Assembly: GCA_964610775.1 (NCBI GenBank)
Contig: CAZSZC010000002.1
Location: 33,600 to 97,599, forward strand
Length of the DNA stretch: 64,000 nt
DNA from: an uncultured Candidatus Saccharibacteria bacterium
GTDB taxonomy: Bacteria > Patescibacteriota > Saccharimonadia > Saccharimonadales > JACQNP01
Direction: 5' to 3'
The notes under the pieces are model-generated. The model did not search any database and was not told the DNA's origin. It saw only the letters and a program-made list of their open reading frames with translations. This document shows, piece by piece, positions 37,752-48,192 of this stretch (its first letter is position 1; each line of letters starts with the position of its first letter). A program made the position numbers and the translations under genes.

Positions 37752-39527
37752 CTAAGCCTTTATGCCGTATGATTGTAGTTTTTGTTTAGTTTTCTCTGTC
37801 TTCTTACCTGTTTGTAGCTGTAATAATTGGGCATAAATGCCCCCCGTTTTGGCTAGTTCGGCCGGACTACCGACCTCATCAATAGTGCCATTCTTTAGCG
37901 TAACAATCGTGTCGACCGACTGGATCGTGCTTAATCTATGTGCAATTATCAGAGTGGTTCGTCCTCTCATCAAAATCTCCAATGCTTCCTGAACCATTCC
38001 TTCGCTTTTACTATCCAAACTACTTGTAGCTTCATCCAATACTAAAATAGGGGCGTTCTTCAACAGAGCCCTAGCTATCGCTATACGTTGCTTCTGACCG
38101 CCAGAAAGTTTCAAGCCCCTCTCACCAATTTCCGTATCATAACCCTTCTCAAACTTCTTTATGAAGTCATGTGCGTTGGCAGCCTTGGCGGCAGAAATCA
38201 CCTGTTTCTCGCTCGCGTGCGGATTAGCATAACTTATATTCTCTTTAATTGTGCCACTAAAAAGTGCTGGGTCCTGGAATACAACACCTATATTTTTTCG
38301 CAGAGAAGCCTGGGTTACTAGAGCTATATCTTGCCCATCAATCATGATCTTCCCTTGTTCTGGCTCATAGAGCCTCATTAGAATATTAGCAAGCGTGGTC
38401 TTACCTTCGCCACTTTCTCCAACCAAAGCAACTTTGGTATCGGGTTTAATTACTAGGTTGATGTTTTTCAAAACTGGCTGATTTTTGTCATAGCTAAACG
38501 AGATTTCACTGAATTCAATCTCACCGGCCTTTACCTTTAAAGTTTCGGCATTAACAATGTCTTTAATGTGCGACTGGATCCCCATCACTTCAAAGTAGTC
38601 TTTGCTGTCGGCAATCGCCCTCTGAGTACTGTCTACTAGAAAACTTATGGTAAATATAGGTATACGTATCTGCATGGCGTACAAAATTAAGGCTACAGTC
38701 GCACCAGGTGAATAATTACCTCGTGCGCCTTGTATAAATATGAAACTATATACAGCGAAAAAGATTATGTTCAAAACTAAGCGTCTCTCAATGTCTTTTT
38801 TATGCCAGTGTTTTGACTGTGGCACATTTATACTAACCGCTTTTTGCATATGACGATTAAAGAAAGATATTTCTCGTCTTTCTTGGTTGAAGCTTTTTAC
38901 GACCTTGATCTGATTAATGGCTTCCGCAAATCGCCCACTAGCAATATCAGCTTGATGGTTCTTTTTATGTTGATAATCTAACCATTTGCCACTACTTCTA
39001 ACCGTTAACCATATAAAAATCGGATAAAGCATAAGGAGCAATAACGCAACTTGCCAACTATATATTGCTACTACTACTAACGCAAAAACTGTGCCAAAAA
39101 TAAACTGCAAGAAATTATTGCTCATCATTTGCATAAAGTTACTTATCTGGGCAACTGAGCGATTCAAGCGATTGATGATTTTACCGCTTAGTTCTTTATC
39201 GAAATAACGCTGAGGTAAATCAAGCAAGTGTTCATAGTACTTATTGCCTAGAAGTTTATAGAGTCGAGCGGAAATTTGGTCACCATAGTAGCCACCAATA
39301 TTACTTATCAGAGTTATCCCAAGATCAGCAACAAAAATTCCTAAAGCAAGTAGCAATACATAATCAATCCGCGCACGACTACCCATTTTTATCTCATCAA
39401 TCGCCCACCCAGTTATAGCTGGTATCATTAGGTTGAGTAAAGCTATCGTGACCGAAAAGACACTAACCGCAACATACAAACGCCAAAGAGACGATGTGGT
39501 CTTTATTATCTTCAGCAAATACTTCAT
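37752..39527 (-). CDS. ABC transporter, fused permease/ATPase (MsbA-like exporter)
   Basis: 591 aa; 6-TM N-terminal domain; Walker A GESGEGKTT, ABC signature LSGGQKQR, Walker B ILVLDEATS. Confidence 0.85.
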   Translation of the reverse strand: MKYLLKIIKTTSSLWRLYVAVSVFSVTIALLNLMIPAITGWAIDEIKMGSRARIDYVLLLALGIFVADLGITLISNIGGYYGDQISARLYKLLGNKYYEHLLDLPQRYFDKELSGKIINRLNRSVAQISNFMQMMSNNFLQFIFGTVFALVVVAIYSWQVALLLLMLYPIFIWLTVRSSGKWLDYQHKKNHQADIASGRFAEAINQIKVVKSFNQERREISFFNRHMQKAVSINVPQSKHWHKKDIERRLVLNIIFFAVYSFIFIQGARGNYSPGATVALILYAMQIRIPIFTISFLVDSTQRAIADSKDYFEVMGIQSHIKDIVNAETLKVKAGEIEFSEISFSYDKNQPVLKNINLVIKPDTKVALVGESGEGKTTLANILMRLYEPEQGKIMIDGQDIALVTQASLRKNIGVVFQDPALFSGTIKENISYANPHASEKQVISAAKAANAHDFIKKFEKGYDTEIGERGLKLSGGQKQRIAIARALLKNAPILVLDEATSSLDSKSEGMVQEALEILMRGRTTLIIAHRLSTIQSVDTIVTLKNGTIDEVGSPAELAKTGGIYAQLLQLQTGKKTEKTKQKLQSYGIKA

Positions 39528-39532
39528 AAAGT

Positions 39533-42064
39533 CTAAAGTCTAGTTGCGCCTAGCTTTTTATGACTAGCTGTCGCTACTACATTTAATAAACTATTCACTT
39601 CATCAGTTACCAGGGTACGGTCGTTATGAGTCAGAGTTACTCGAAGTGTTATATTTTTGTGGTCATTTTCAGCCGGTTTATAAATATCTATTGGGCTTAG
39701 AGTAGCAGAGTATCCATGTTCTACTTCGGCTAATTTCAAAACGTCCCAAACGGTATTGTATACCTCTTGATAAGTTATTGAACCATTAACTTGCAAGCTT
39801 ATGTCTTGGTCAGTACTTGGAAAACGTGACAGAGGTGAGTATGCAGAATTTTGCTTCAGCTTTAGAAGCTGCTCAATATCTAGCTCAAAGCCGGCAATAA
39901 AATCTGGTAGCTTTAAGTTTTTTCGAACTTTCGATCGAAATTCACCAATCTCGCCAATAAATTCGCCGTCTTTATTCTTTACGATTGCTGAGCGCAAGGG
40001 TTCAAACGGCGCAAAAGCCTGTTTGGATACGTTTAGTTTGGGACTATAGTTTACCGTTGATTCAAACTGCGCTGTAAAGCCAAGTTCTTTTAGTAGGTAT
40101 TGCAAATATTTGCGAGCTTGGTAATACGGTGCGCCACTATACTTTGTGCTTGCCGTCTTATCATCAGCTACAACTACAAAAGCCAGCCGTTGTTCTTCTA
40201 TTGGCAAACCATCTTTATCCATAAAATCGTTGCAATGTGATTTGTTAATCTCAAATAGTGCGAATTCATCATGGCCAGCTTTTACATTCAAATAAATCTT
40301 ATCTAACAAACTCGGCATTAAGCTCAAGCGATAATATTGTAAATCTGGACTAAGAGCATTACTAAGCTTGAATGCTAGTTTCTTTTCCTGCCCAACCTTT
40401 TCTATCAAATCACCATGAACAAAGCTATAGGTTAATACTTCATTAGCCCCTGCAGCAGCCAACGTATTTCGAATCTTCTGCTTTAAATCAAGCATATGAT
40501 CCTTGGTTACGGGTGTATTTGTACGACTAGGCAATTGGAGTGGCAAATTATCATAACCATAGAGACGCCCTATTTCTTCTACAATATCTTCAGGTATATG
40601 AATATCAGTGCGCCAAAATGGATAATCAACAACTAGATCATCATCTTTGATGTCAACAACAAATTCGACATTCTCGAGTAGTCGTTTAATCTCGGCTTTG
40701 CTAAGTTTTGATCCAAGTCGCTCGTTAATAAAGGCTGCGCTCACTGTAACCTTCTTCTTTTCTGGCAAGCTGTTTTTTATATCAAAGACCTCAGAAGCTA
40801 CTACTCCACCGCAATTATCGACCACATCAGATATTATCTTAAATAAAATACGGTCGGTTTGATATATGCTCTGTCCCTTGGTAAAACGCGTCACAGCATC
40901 AGTAAAAAGACCATACTTCATGCTAGTTCTGCGTATGTTATACATATTGAAAGTTGCGCACTCTAGGATAATGTTTTTTGTGTTCTCGTCTACTTCGGTT
41001 TCTGAACCACCAATAACACCACCGACGCCAATAGCCTGCTTGTCAGTTGCAATTACAATTGTCGGTGCTTCGAACTCAATTGTCTTGCCGTTTAATAGTG
41101 CGATCTTTTCACCCTTTTTGGCTTTGCGAGCTTTTATTATAGGCATTTGGTCACTAAGCATTGCCACCTTGTCATAATCATAGGCGTGGAGCGGCTGACC
41201 AGTTAATAGGGAATAGTAGTTAGTTAGGTCAACTATGTTGTTAATGGGTTTAATGCCTACCTTGGCTAGTAATGACTGTAGCCAGATGGGGCTTGGCATA
41301 ACTTGTATGTCGCTCATCGCGACAGCCATAAATCTCGGCACAAATTCAGAATCCTCAACTTTAACTTCTAATGGTAAGTTGTCTATGATTTTGGGCTTTT
41401 CGCCATTTAAATACCAATCGGGACTATTGTAAGCAAGGCCTTGTATACCTGCCACTTCCCGAGCCACACCCAAAATACCAAAACAATCTGGCCGATGGGT
41501 AAACATCTTATTCTCAATTTCAACAATAATATCATCAAGTTCGTAGAGTTGCTTTAATGGAGTTCCAGGCCTAGTTAGACCTTCACCGACCTCATCTGCA
41601 TTAATCTCAAGAATTCCATCGTGATTATCGCTAATATCTAGCTCGGCGGGACTAGCCAGCATTCCATTGCTCACCTTGCCGCGTATTTCACGAACTTCCA
41701 AAACAAAAGGATCTTTATTGAACGTACTGGGGACGGTTGATCCAGGTGGTAACCAGGCCACGACAAGACCTTCTCGAACGTTTGGTGCGCCACAAACTAC
41801 TTGAACCAAGCCATCTTGTCCACGTTCTACACTTTCGGACTTTCCGCCATCATCAATTCTACAAACATGTAACTTATCAGCATCGGGGTGTTTTTCGCAC
41901 GACACAACTTTAGCAACCAATACTCCGTCATATCTAGATCCCCAATTAATTATCCCTTCAACCTCACCAAGCTGAGCTCCAATCTTACGGACAACCTCCT
42001 CAATACCCACAGATTTTAGATCAACATTGCTATAGTATTGGGCAGTATTGAGACTTACTTTCAT
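39533..42064 (-). CDS. pheT: phenylalanine--tRNA ligase beta subunit
   Basis: 843 aa; tRNA-binding, B3/B4, B5 and FDX-ACB domain order; 4-nt overlap with pheS. Confidence 0.9.
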   Translation of the reverse strand: MKVSLNTAQYYSNVDLKSVGIEEVVRKIGAQLGEVEGIINWGSRYDGVLVAKVVSCEKHPDADKLHVCRIDDGGKSESVERGQDGLVQVVCGAPNVREGLVVAWLPPGSTVPSTFNKDPFVLEVREIRGKVSNGMLASPAELDISDNHDGILEINADEVGEGLTRPGTPLKQLYELDDIIVEIENKMFTHRPDCFGILGVAREVAGIQGLAYNSPDWYLNGEKPKIIDNLPLEVKVEDSEFVPRFMAVAMSDIQVMPSPIWLQSLLAKVGIKPINNIVDLTNYYSLLTGQPLHAYDYDKVAMLSDQMPIIKARKAKKGEKIALLNGKTIEFEAPTIVIATDKQAIGVGGVIGGSETEVDENTKNIILECATFNMYNIRRTSMKYGLFTDAVTRFTKGQSIYQTDRILFKIISDVVDNCGGVVASEVFDIKNSLPEKKKVTVSAAFINERLGSKLSKAEIKRLLENVEFVVDIKDDDLVVDYPFWRTDIHIPEDIVEEIGRLYGYDNLPLQLPSRTNTPVTKDHMLDLKQKIRNTLAAAGANEVLTYSFVHGDLIEKVGQEKKLAFKLSNALSPDLQYYRLSLMPSLLDKIYLNVKAGHDEFALFEINKSHCNDFMDKDGLPIEEQRLAFVVVADDKTASTKYSGAPYYQARKYLQYLLKELGFTAQFESTVNYSPKLNVSKQAFAPFEPLRSAIVKNKDGEFIGEIGEFRSKVRKNLKLPDFIAGFELDIEQLLKLKQNSAYSPLSRFPSTDQDISLQVNGSITYQEVYNTVWDVLKLAEVEHGYSATLSPIDIYKPAENDHKNITLRVTLTHNDRTLVTDEVNSLLNVVATASHKKLGATRL

Positions 42065-43146
42065 GCGAATTGCCTCAAGAAGTCTAATTTTGCTGATTCA
42101 AAATGCCTAACATCCTCTATTCCATATTTCATCATTACTAATCTGTCCAGACCTAGACCGCCAGCAAATCCAGTATAAACAGTCGGATCAATACCCCCCA
42201 TTTTTAGAACATTTGGGCTAATCATTCCGCAGCCCAATAACTCAATCCAGCCAGATTGACTGCAAACATAACAGCCTTTTTTCTGACAAAATGGGCAACT
42301 TAGCGCCATCTCAAAACTGGGTTCTGTGAATGGAAAATAAAATGGTTGGGTACGTATTTCAATCTTCTGCTGATAATATTCTTCCAAAAATGTCTTAAAA
42401 GTAGCTGTTAGATTACCGACATTTATATTTTTGTCGATATAGCTAATCTCAACTTGGTAAAAAGTATGCTCATGGCGGGCATCAACATCCTCATTACGAA
42501 AAGTGCGACCAGTATAAACTACTGCGATTGGGTTGCCTTCGTCTAGATTATTTTTATACTTTTTCTGGAGGCGATTCTGCATAACACTAACGTGTGCTGG
42601 TGCTATTAGACCTTCTGTAGTGATAAACGTATCGTAGTCATCACGCGCCGGATGACCAATCGGAAAGTTTAGGCTATCAAACATGTGGTATTCGTCATCG
42701 AGTTGGCGCGAATCCATATGTACGAATCCCATACGGGCAAAAATATCTATTACTTTATCTAGTTCCGTCATTAATGGATGGATACTTCCCTTTTCGGCGG
42801 TTAGTAATCTAGGCCGCTTATCCGTCGATGTATTAATATCAAAAGGTGCTGTCACATCGATCGATTCTACAACTTCATGCGAATCCACACTTTGCTCAAC
42901 CAGCTTTGTTAGCTCGTTTTTAAGATCATTGATTTCTTTGCCAAAACTAGCTCGTTCTGGCGGGTCAAGCTGCGGAAGCTCCGCATATAGTGCTTTTAAT
43001 TCTGTAGCACGCAAAATAGACCCCTTATCATCTAACGAATCTATCCTTTTAATTAGCTGTTCTGCAACATCAGCAATACGGGAATGTTTATAACTCATTT
43101 GATGTATATTATACCGCCGTGGTATTGGTTCACACAACCTTTGCAA
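42061..43146 (-). CDS. pheS: phenylalanine--tRNA ligase alpha subunit
   Basis: Class II aaRS motifs (FRNE..., GLGLDRLVM); true start may be the internal MSYKHS (43098). Confidence 0.9.
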   Translation of the reverse strand: MQRLCEPIPRRYNIHQMSYKHSRIADVAEQLIKRIDSLDDKGSILRATELKALYAELPQLDPPERASFGKEINDLKNELTKLVEQSVDSHEVVESIDVTAPFDINTSTDKRPRLLTAEKGSIHPLMTELDKVIDIFARMGFVHMDSRQLDDEYHMFDSLNFPIGHPARDDYDTFITTEGLIAPAHVSVMQNRLQKKYKNNLDEGNPIAVVYTGRTFRNEDVDARHEHTFYQVEISYIDKNINVGNLTATFKTFLEEYYQQKIEIRTQPFYFPFTEPSFEMALSCPFCQKKGCYVCSQSGWIELLGCGMISPNVLKMGGIDPTVYTGFAGGLGLDRLVMMKYGIEDVRHFESAKLDFLRQFA

Positions 43147-43903
43147 GCTTCATCACAGCTCTGGCAGTTTTGAACCTATGTGATGGCTGATCGATCACAT
43201 ATAAATCAGCGTTAGCAAGACTAATAAAGTCATCAGAATTAGTAGTGTCGATCAGTACGTTCCCTGCGTTCATTCTTCCATTCCTCCAGATGTCATCAAC
43301 AGCAAATCTTAAAACAGTGTCCGCTAATGCTTTTGAGGTCCTATCGCATATTAGCCCAACAAGGCTGCGATAATCATCATCAAACTTCCAACCATTACTT
43401 AAACTAGATACTGTTCTGAAAGGACTAACCACTCTTTCCTGCAAACTTACAAAAACACCATCACTACTCCTCGCAGCCATATATTGTCTAGGAACACTGA
43501 TACCATCTTCGGGCTTGGCACTCAACTCACTTCGAACCCGATCCAAAAACATTGTTTGGACTATAAGATCTTCTGGGTCTCCCTTTTTTGGATCACCAAG
43601 AAAGTGCGCTTGCTTACTAATTTGGCTGGATGACATTTTGACGCAAATTTCGGGTATTTCAGGGACTGCTGATACTCGACCGTGTTTACCCATCCCAATA
43701 AACTCATACTCCCCCCTTCCCTCTGGATGGCTTAATTCACTTTCGACAACCTCAGAAAAAATATCAAGAATATTTAGATTTGACTCAATTAACTCGTGGC
43801 CATCATCTGTTATAAATACTTCGGCAAACCGACTAAAAGGACGTGGATTCATTTGCACTATTTTAACACTTTTTAGATTTTTGTTCAATGTTGGGGTACT
43901 CAA
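43130..43903 (-). CDS. hypothetical protein, possibly a degenerate kinase/phosphotransferase-like fold
   Basis: 257 aa; DIWRNGRMNAGNVLID loosely resembles the HGDLHxGNVL catalytic loop of APH/choline-kinase-type phosphotransferases; weak. Confidence 0.45.
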   Translation of the reverse strand: MSTPTLNKNLKSVKIVQMNPRPFSRFAEVFITDDGHELIESNLNILDIFSEVVESELSHPEGRGEYEFIGMGKHGRVSAVPEIPEICVKMSSSQISKQAHFLGDPKKGDPEDLIVQTMFLDRVRSELSAKPEDGISVPRQYMAARSSDGVFVSLQERVVSPFRTVSSLSNGWKFDDDYRSLVGLICDRTSKALADTVLRFAVDDIWRNGRMNAGNVLIDTTNSDDFISLANADLYVIDQPSHRFKTARAVMKLAKVV

Positions 43904-43926
43904 GATTTTCTTGTAGAATTGTAAGT

Positions 43927-44424
43927 ATGGGAAATTTTTCTTTTGATATAGTTTCGGATTACGATAAAGCAGAGATGAATAATGTGTTCGATCAGGCTCA
44001 GCGCGAGCTAGATAATCGCTATGATTTTAAAGGTACTAGCGCCCAACTAGAATGGTTAAATGGCGATAAGAGCGGCCTTAAGATAACCGGTGATAGTGAT
44101 TACCAAATCGAAGCAATCCTAGACATTGTTAGGAAAAAGTTAGCAGCTCGCGACCAAAGTCAAAAAACTCTAGATACCAGTTTTGAAGCAGTAGTTAGTA
44201 ACCTAAAAACTACCAAGGATGTACCCTTCAAACGAGGGCTTGACCAAGAAAAAGCCAAAAAAATCACTAAACTCCTGCGCGATGAAACTCCAAAAATCAA
44301 AACTCAAATTCAAGGCGAAGAAGTCCGCGTAACTAGTGGCAGTAAAGACGACTTACAATCTGCAATTCAACTATTAAGAAGCCAGGATTTCGACTTTCCG
44401 CTAAGTTTTACTAACTTCCGCTAG
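43927..44424 (+). CDS. yajQ: YajQ-family (UPF0234) nucleotide-binding protein
   Basis: Start moved to the ATG at 43927 (MGNFSFDIVSDYDKAEMNNVFDQAQRELDNRYDFKG); matches the YajQ N-terminal signature. Confidence 0.75.
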   Translation: MGNFSFDIVSDYDKAEMNNVFDQAQRELDNRYDFKGTSAQLEWLNGDKSGLKITGDSDYQIEAILDIVRKKLAARDQSQKTLDTSFEAVVSNLKTTKDVPFKRGLDQEKAKKITKLLRDETPKIKTQIQGEEVRVTSGSKDDLQSAIQLLRSQDFDFPLSFTNFR

Positions 44425-44920
44425 ATAAATTTTTGTACATCAGGGACTCCGTTATAAAACTTATTGACCCAATAACAAATCCAATCAAACCAACTATTAT
44501 AACTAGTCTCAAATCAAGGGCCCACATAAAACCGACTAACGGGACAAAAAGCAGCCAACCAACACTGTTAACGATAATGCAAAATATAACAAAGCCAATG
44601 GGCAGAAAAAACTTAGTATATATGTACTGTAATAATCTATGCACAACTCTAGCAATAAACCACCAAACCGCAATACTTACAAAACAAAGAACAATAATGG
44701 ATGATGATTGATATGTAAGCTCAGGTTGCGGCAAGGACTGATCATATGAAAAACTCTGATTGGAATTTAGTGTACTAAGGAGTGTATAAAGACCGGACGC
44801 TGCAACAAAAAGCCAAGCAACGGCGATAGAAAAGTAACCCGGGAAGCTAATTATTTTGACTAAAAGGGTTTCTTCTGGCTGCTTAACTATTTCGGGTTTA
44901 TATTTAAATCTTTTTTTCAT
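44411..44920 (-). CDS. hypothetical integral membrane protein (4-5 TM)
   Basis: 169 aa; mostly hydrophobic; no family recognised. Confidence 0.45.
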   Translation of the reverse strand: MKKRFKYKPEIVKQPEETLLVKIISFPGYFSIAVAWLFVAASGLYTLLSTLNSNQSFSYDQSLPQPELTYQSSSIIVLCFVSIAVWWFIARVVHRLLQYIYTKFFLPIGFVIFCIIVNSVGWLLFVPLVGFMWALDLRLVIIVGLIGFVIGSISFITESLMYKNLSSGS

Positions 44921-44957
44921 AACACTAAATATATTCTACAATAAACATGAGCGATAT

Positions 44958-46277
44958 ATGGAAGATACACAAACAATCCTCGAGACTTGTCAATCAGTTC
45001 TAAATACCAATGACCAGGGTAGCTATACCGTTCCAGCAACTGGGATGTACCCTCATCAATGGCTATGGGACAGTTGTTTTATCTCCATTGGTCAACGACA
45101 TATAGATGTTGAGAGAGCAAAACAAGAGCTACTTAGCTTAAAGAGGGGTCAGTGGGCTAACGGCATGCTGCCAAATATGATTCTTAGTAAAACCGGTCAC
45201 CATATACGACACGGTAACGTATGGCGAAGCTGGTTAAATCCTAACTCGCCCGACGGTATAGTCACGAGTGGAATAACTCAACCACCAATGTTAGCTGAGG
45301 CAGTTGTTAAAATTGGCGAAAAAATGTTAAAAAGCGAGCGACTTAATTGGTATCAAACCATGTATCCGGTTATCTTAGCGTACCACCAATGGCTCTATAA
45401 TGACCGCGACCCACACAGTGAAGGCCTAGTACTGCAAATACATCCGTGGGAGACTGGCTTAGACAATACGCCGCCATGGATGCAGGAACTAATCGATCAT
45501 CAATTGCCATTATGGGTAAGATCAGTGAGTTTTTTGCACCTTGAACCACTTATTAATATGATTCGCAGCGACACTAAATTTGTTCATGCTAGCGAACGCC
45601 TATCAACCCTTGAAGCAATGGCACTTTACAGCGTACAGCGCCGACTCAGGCGCAAGAACTATGATACCGAGAGGATTTTGACACATTCGCTTTTTGCAAT
45701 TGAAGACGCTACGTTTAACGCTATATTTATTCGCGCCAATCAACACTTGATACAAATAGCAAAAGACTTACGAAAAATAATTCCGAGTGAGTTAGAAGAA
45801 AAAATTGAACGCAGTAAAGTAGCTTATGAACAGCTATGGGACCCCTACGCTGGTCAGTACTATTCACGCGAATTTGTAACTCATAAACTAATTAAGATAC
45901 CAAGTATCGCTACCCTAATGCCATTGTATGCTGGTTCAATATCCAAAGAGCGAGCCCGCAAACTAGTACGTCTGCTTGAAGATTCGCACCAATTTGGCAC
46001 AAACTATCCAGTGCCAAGCGTTCCATTAAGTTCTGAATGGTTTCAGGCCCATCGCTACTGGCAAGGACCAACTTGGATCAATACAAACTGGCTCATTATT
46101 GACGGTCTAAAACGATACGGTTTTAACGACCATGCAGAAACTTTAAAAGAAACTACTATCGAACTGGTCGAGAAGTCAGGTTGTTATGAGTATTTTAGTC
46201 CAATAGACGGCTCACCGGCAGGTATAGCAAACTTTTCTTGGACTGCTGCACTTACTATCGACTTACTCAACTCTTAG
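44958..46277 (+). CDS. (alpha/alpha)6-barrel glycoside hydrolase, GH63/glucosylglycerate-hydrolase/debranching-enzyme-like
   Basis: Start moved to the ATG at 44958 (MEDTQ...). YPHQWLWDS near the N-terminus and QGPTWINTNWLIIDGL near the C-terminus are typical of GH63/GH37/GDE_C-type hydrolases. Confidence 0.6.
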   Translation: MEDTQTILETCQSVLNTNDQGSYTVPATGMYPHQWLWDSCFISIGQRHIDVERAKQELLSLKRGQWANGMLPNMILSKTGHHIRHGNVWRSWLNPNSPDGIVTSGITQPPMLAEAVVKIGEKMLKSERLNWYQTMYPVILAYHQWLYNDRDPHSEGLVLQIHPWETGLDNTPPWMQELIDHQLPLWVRSVSFLHLEPLINMIRSDTKFVHASERLSTLEAMALYSVQRRLRRKNYDTERILTHSLFAIEDATFNAIFIRANQHLIQIAKDLRKIIPSELEEKIERSKVAYEQLWDPYAGQYYSREFVTHKLIKIPSIATLMPLYAGSISKERARKLVRLLEDSHQFGTNYPVPSVPLSSEWFQAHRYWQGPTWINTNWLIIDGLKRYGFNDHAETLKETTIELVEKSGCYEYFSPIDGSPAGIANFSWTAALTIDLLNS

Positions 46278-47338
46278 TCTATAGAAATATCACTGAGTTC
46301 TTTTTTATCAACAGTGTTTTCTGAGTAATCAGTTATCTGGTCTACTACTTTAGTTAAGGCCCTGTTGCGCGTTCCCTCAACCTCTAGATAAGTTCTTTGC
46401 ACCGTTTCAAGCTGCTTGCCTAGTCGCTCAACGCTTTCACCGAACTTGCCATACTCCACTTGGAACTTCTCGATTAAACCAAAAATCTGCTGTAGACCCT
46501 TTTCATATTTAAAGTTCTTGTATGCCTGTAATACTAATCTGAGTACCGCCGTGAATCCAAATGGACCAGCCAAAACGACTTTCTTCTTGTTACAGTATTC
46601 GTTTATATCTGGCAATTTTTCGTAAATAAAACTAAATATCATTTCATTAGGTATAAACATGACGACAAAATCTAGGGTATTATCCTGAGGATTAATGTAG
46701 TCTCTGGTCGACACCTCGTTAACTTTAGTCTTGACGGCAGTTCTGAACGACGCGATTGCATCGTTTCTGGCTCGCTCCGTTTTAGCTTCTTGATAAGCAA
46801 TAAGGTCGTCAAATGGAAACTTGGCATCAACATTTAACTTAGAGCCATCGGGCAACAATATTGTAAAATCTGGTATTCCTGAGCCAGAAGATGTTTGTTT
46901 AAGATAGTTGATTTTTTCAACAAAACCAGCCGCCAATAGTAAATCTTCAGCAACTTGCTCGCCCCAGTTACCGCGAAGCTTGTTATTAGAAAGAAGTTTT
47001 CTTAAGCTTTCAGTAGACACCTGTAATCCCTCAGTAATCTTTGCGGTATTGGCAAGCTGTTCTCGAATTGCTGCGTTTTGTTTTTTCAAGTCACCAACTT
47101 CATTACGACCACCTTCTAGCTGCTTCTCTAAACCTTTGACTATTTCCTGAAGTAACTTTTGATTATCATTAAGTATTCCCTTGACACCAGATTCAATTTC
47201 TTCTTTATCGTTCTTACGCTGTTGATTGTTGAGGTTTGTCAGCTTAATTACAGTTTTCTGAAACACAAAGTAACTGAGTGCGATACTGACACAGACCACT
47301 ATAAATATTACGATAATCAAAACTGCACTTATATTCAT
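46274..47338 (-). CDS. rmuC: DNA recombination protein RmuC
   Basis: 354 aa; N-terminal TM, long coiled-coil, conserved RmuC C-terminal domain (GPFGFTAVLRLVLQAYKNF...). Confidence 0.7.
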   Translation of the reverse strand: MNISAVLIIVIFIVVCVSIALSYFVFQKTVIKLTNLNNQQRKNDKEEIESGVKGILNDNQKLLQEIVKGLEKQLEGGRNEVGDLKKQNAAIREQLANTAKITEGLQVSTESLRKLLSNNKLRGNWGEQVAEDLLLAAGFVEKINYLKQTSSGSGIPDFTILLPDGSKLNVDAKFPFDDLIAYQEAKTERARNDAIASFRTAVKTKVNEVSTRDYINPQDNTLDFVVMFIPNEMIFSFIYEKLPDINEYCNKKKVVLAGPFGFTAVLRLVLQAYKNFKYEKGLQQIFGLIEKFQVEYGKFGESVERLGKQLETVQRTYLEVEGTRNRALTKVVDQITDYSENTVDKKELSDISID

Positions 47339-47357
47339 ATCTATTAGTATAGCTTAC

Positions 47358-48116
47358 TTAAGTGACTAAAATATGTGTCATCTCAATAGCAAACCCTACG
47401 ACAATAACACCCATTAAGAGCATAATTACTTGACTATCAAAAAGCGCTCTGTTGGAAGCATGGTCGTGAATATCGGGAATAATATCGCTGAGAGCAATAT
47501 ATAGCAAGAAACCAGCACTAAGCCCAAGCAATACACCTACAGGAAGGGCTTCGGTAGTACCAAGTGAATACACAATGACTGCCACTATCACAGTCGCAAA
47601 ATTACTCAGCATAGTTATTATAAGAGCTCGAGCGCGTGCTAGATTCTTATGTACAAGCAAACCAAAATCAGCTGCGTTATGAGGTACTTCATGAATTGCG
47701 ACTGCGAAAGTTGTAACAATACCGGTTGGAACATTTATCAAAAATGCTGCGGCAATAGCAACCCCATCTAACGCATTATGCATACCATTACCGACGATAA
47801 TGAGCGGTATTGACGGATCGCGTTTACTATCTAAAGACTCATGATTATGATGAAACCAGTCTAGAAACCTCTCGGCCAAAAAAAACAACAATATTCCAAC
47901 CAGCACGGACAGGAGAAGAGTGCTCGAAAGTGAGTATTCTAAGCCATCTTTGAGTAGATCAAGAAACACGGCGGATAGCAGTGCGCCAGCAGCAAATGGA
48001 GTAGCTAAGTGTATAATCTTGCGATTATGTTTAGTACCGATAAACAATAGGATGCAGCCCAACAATGAAAACATCGCACCTAGTGAACTTACTAATATAA
48101 CTTGTTTTAAATTCAT
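47358..48116 (-). CDS. zupT: ZIP-family zinc/metal transporter
   Basis: 252 aa; 8 TM; HEVPHNAADFGLL is the ZIP signature; AAGGAG SD (plus-strand ctcctt 48125-48130) 8 nt upstream of the ATG. Confidence 0.8.
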   Translation of the reverse strand: MNLKQVILVSSLGAMFSLLGCILLFIGTKHNRKIIHLATPFAAGALLSAVFLDLLKDGLEYSLSSTLLLSVLVGILLFFLAERFLDWFHHNHESLDSKRDPSIPLIIVGNGMHNALDGVAIAAAFLINVPTGIVTTFAVAIHEVPHNAADFGLLVHKNLARARALIITMLSNFATVIVAVIVYSLGTTEALPVGVLLGLSAGFLLYIALSDIIPDIHDHASNRALFDSQVIMLLMGVIVVGFAIEMTHILVT

Positions 48117-48156
48117 ACAGTTACTCCTTAAATAGTTTAGATTTTATGGTACTTTT

Positions 48157-48186
48157 TTGCAATTTTGTCGCAATTTATGTTATATT
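48157..48186 (+). promoter_or_regulatory. sigma70-like promoter for zur in the zur/zupT divergent region, containing TTGCAA hexamer palindromes (candidate Zur operator)
   Basis: -35 TTGCAA (48157-48162), 18-bp spacer, extended -10 TGTTATATT (48178-48186), ATG at 48193 (near-leaderless). TTGCAA-like palindromic hexamers at 48157, 48168 (TCGCAA) and 48186. Confidence 0.4.
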
Positions 48187-48192
48187 TGCAAC

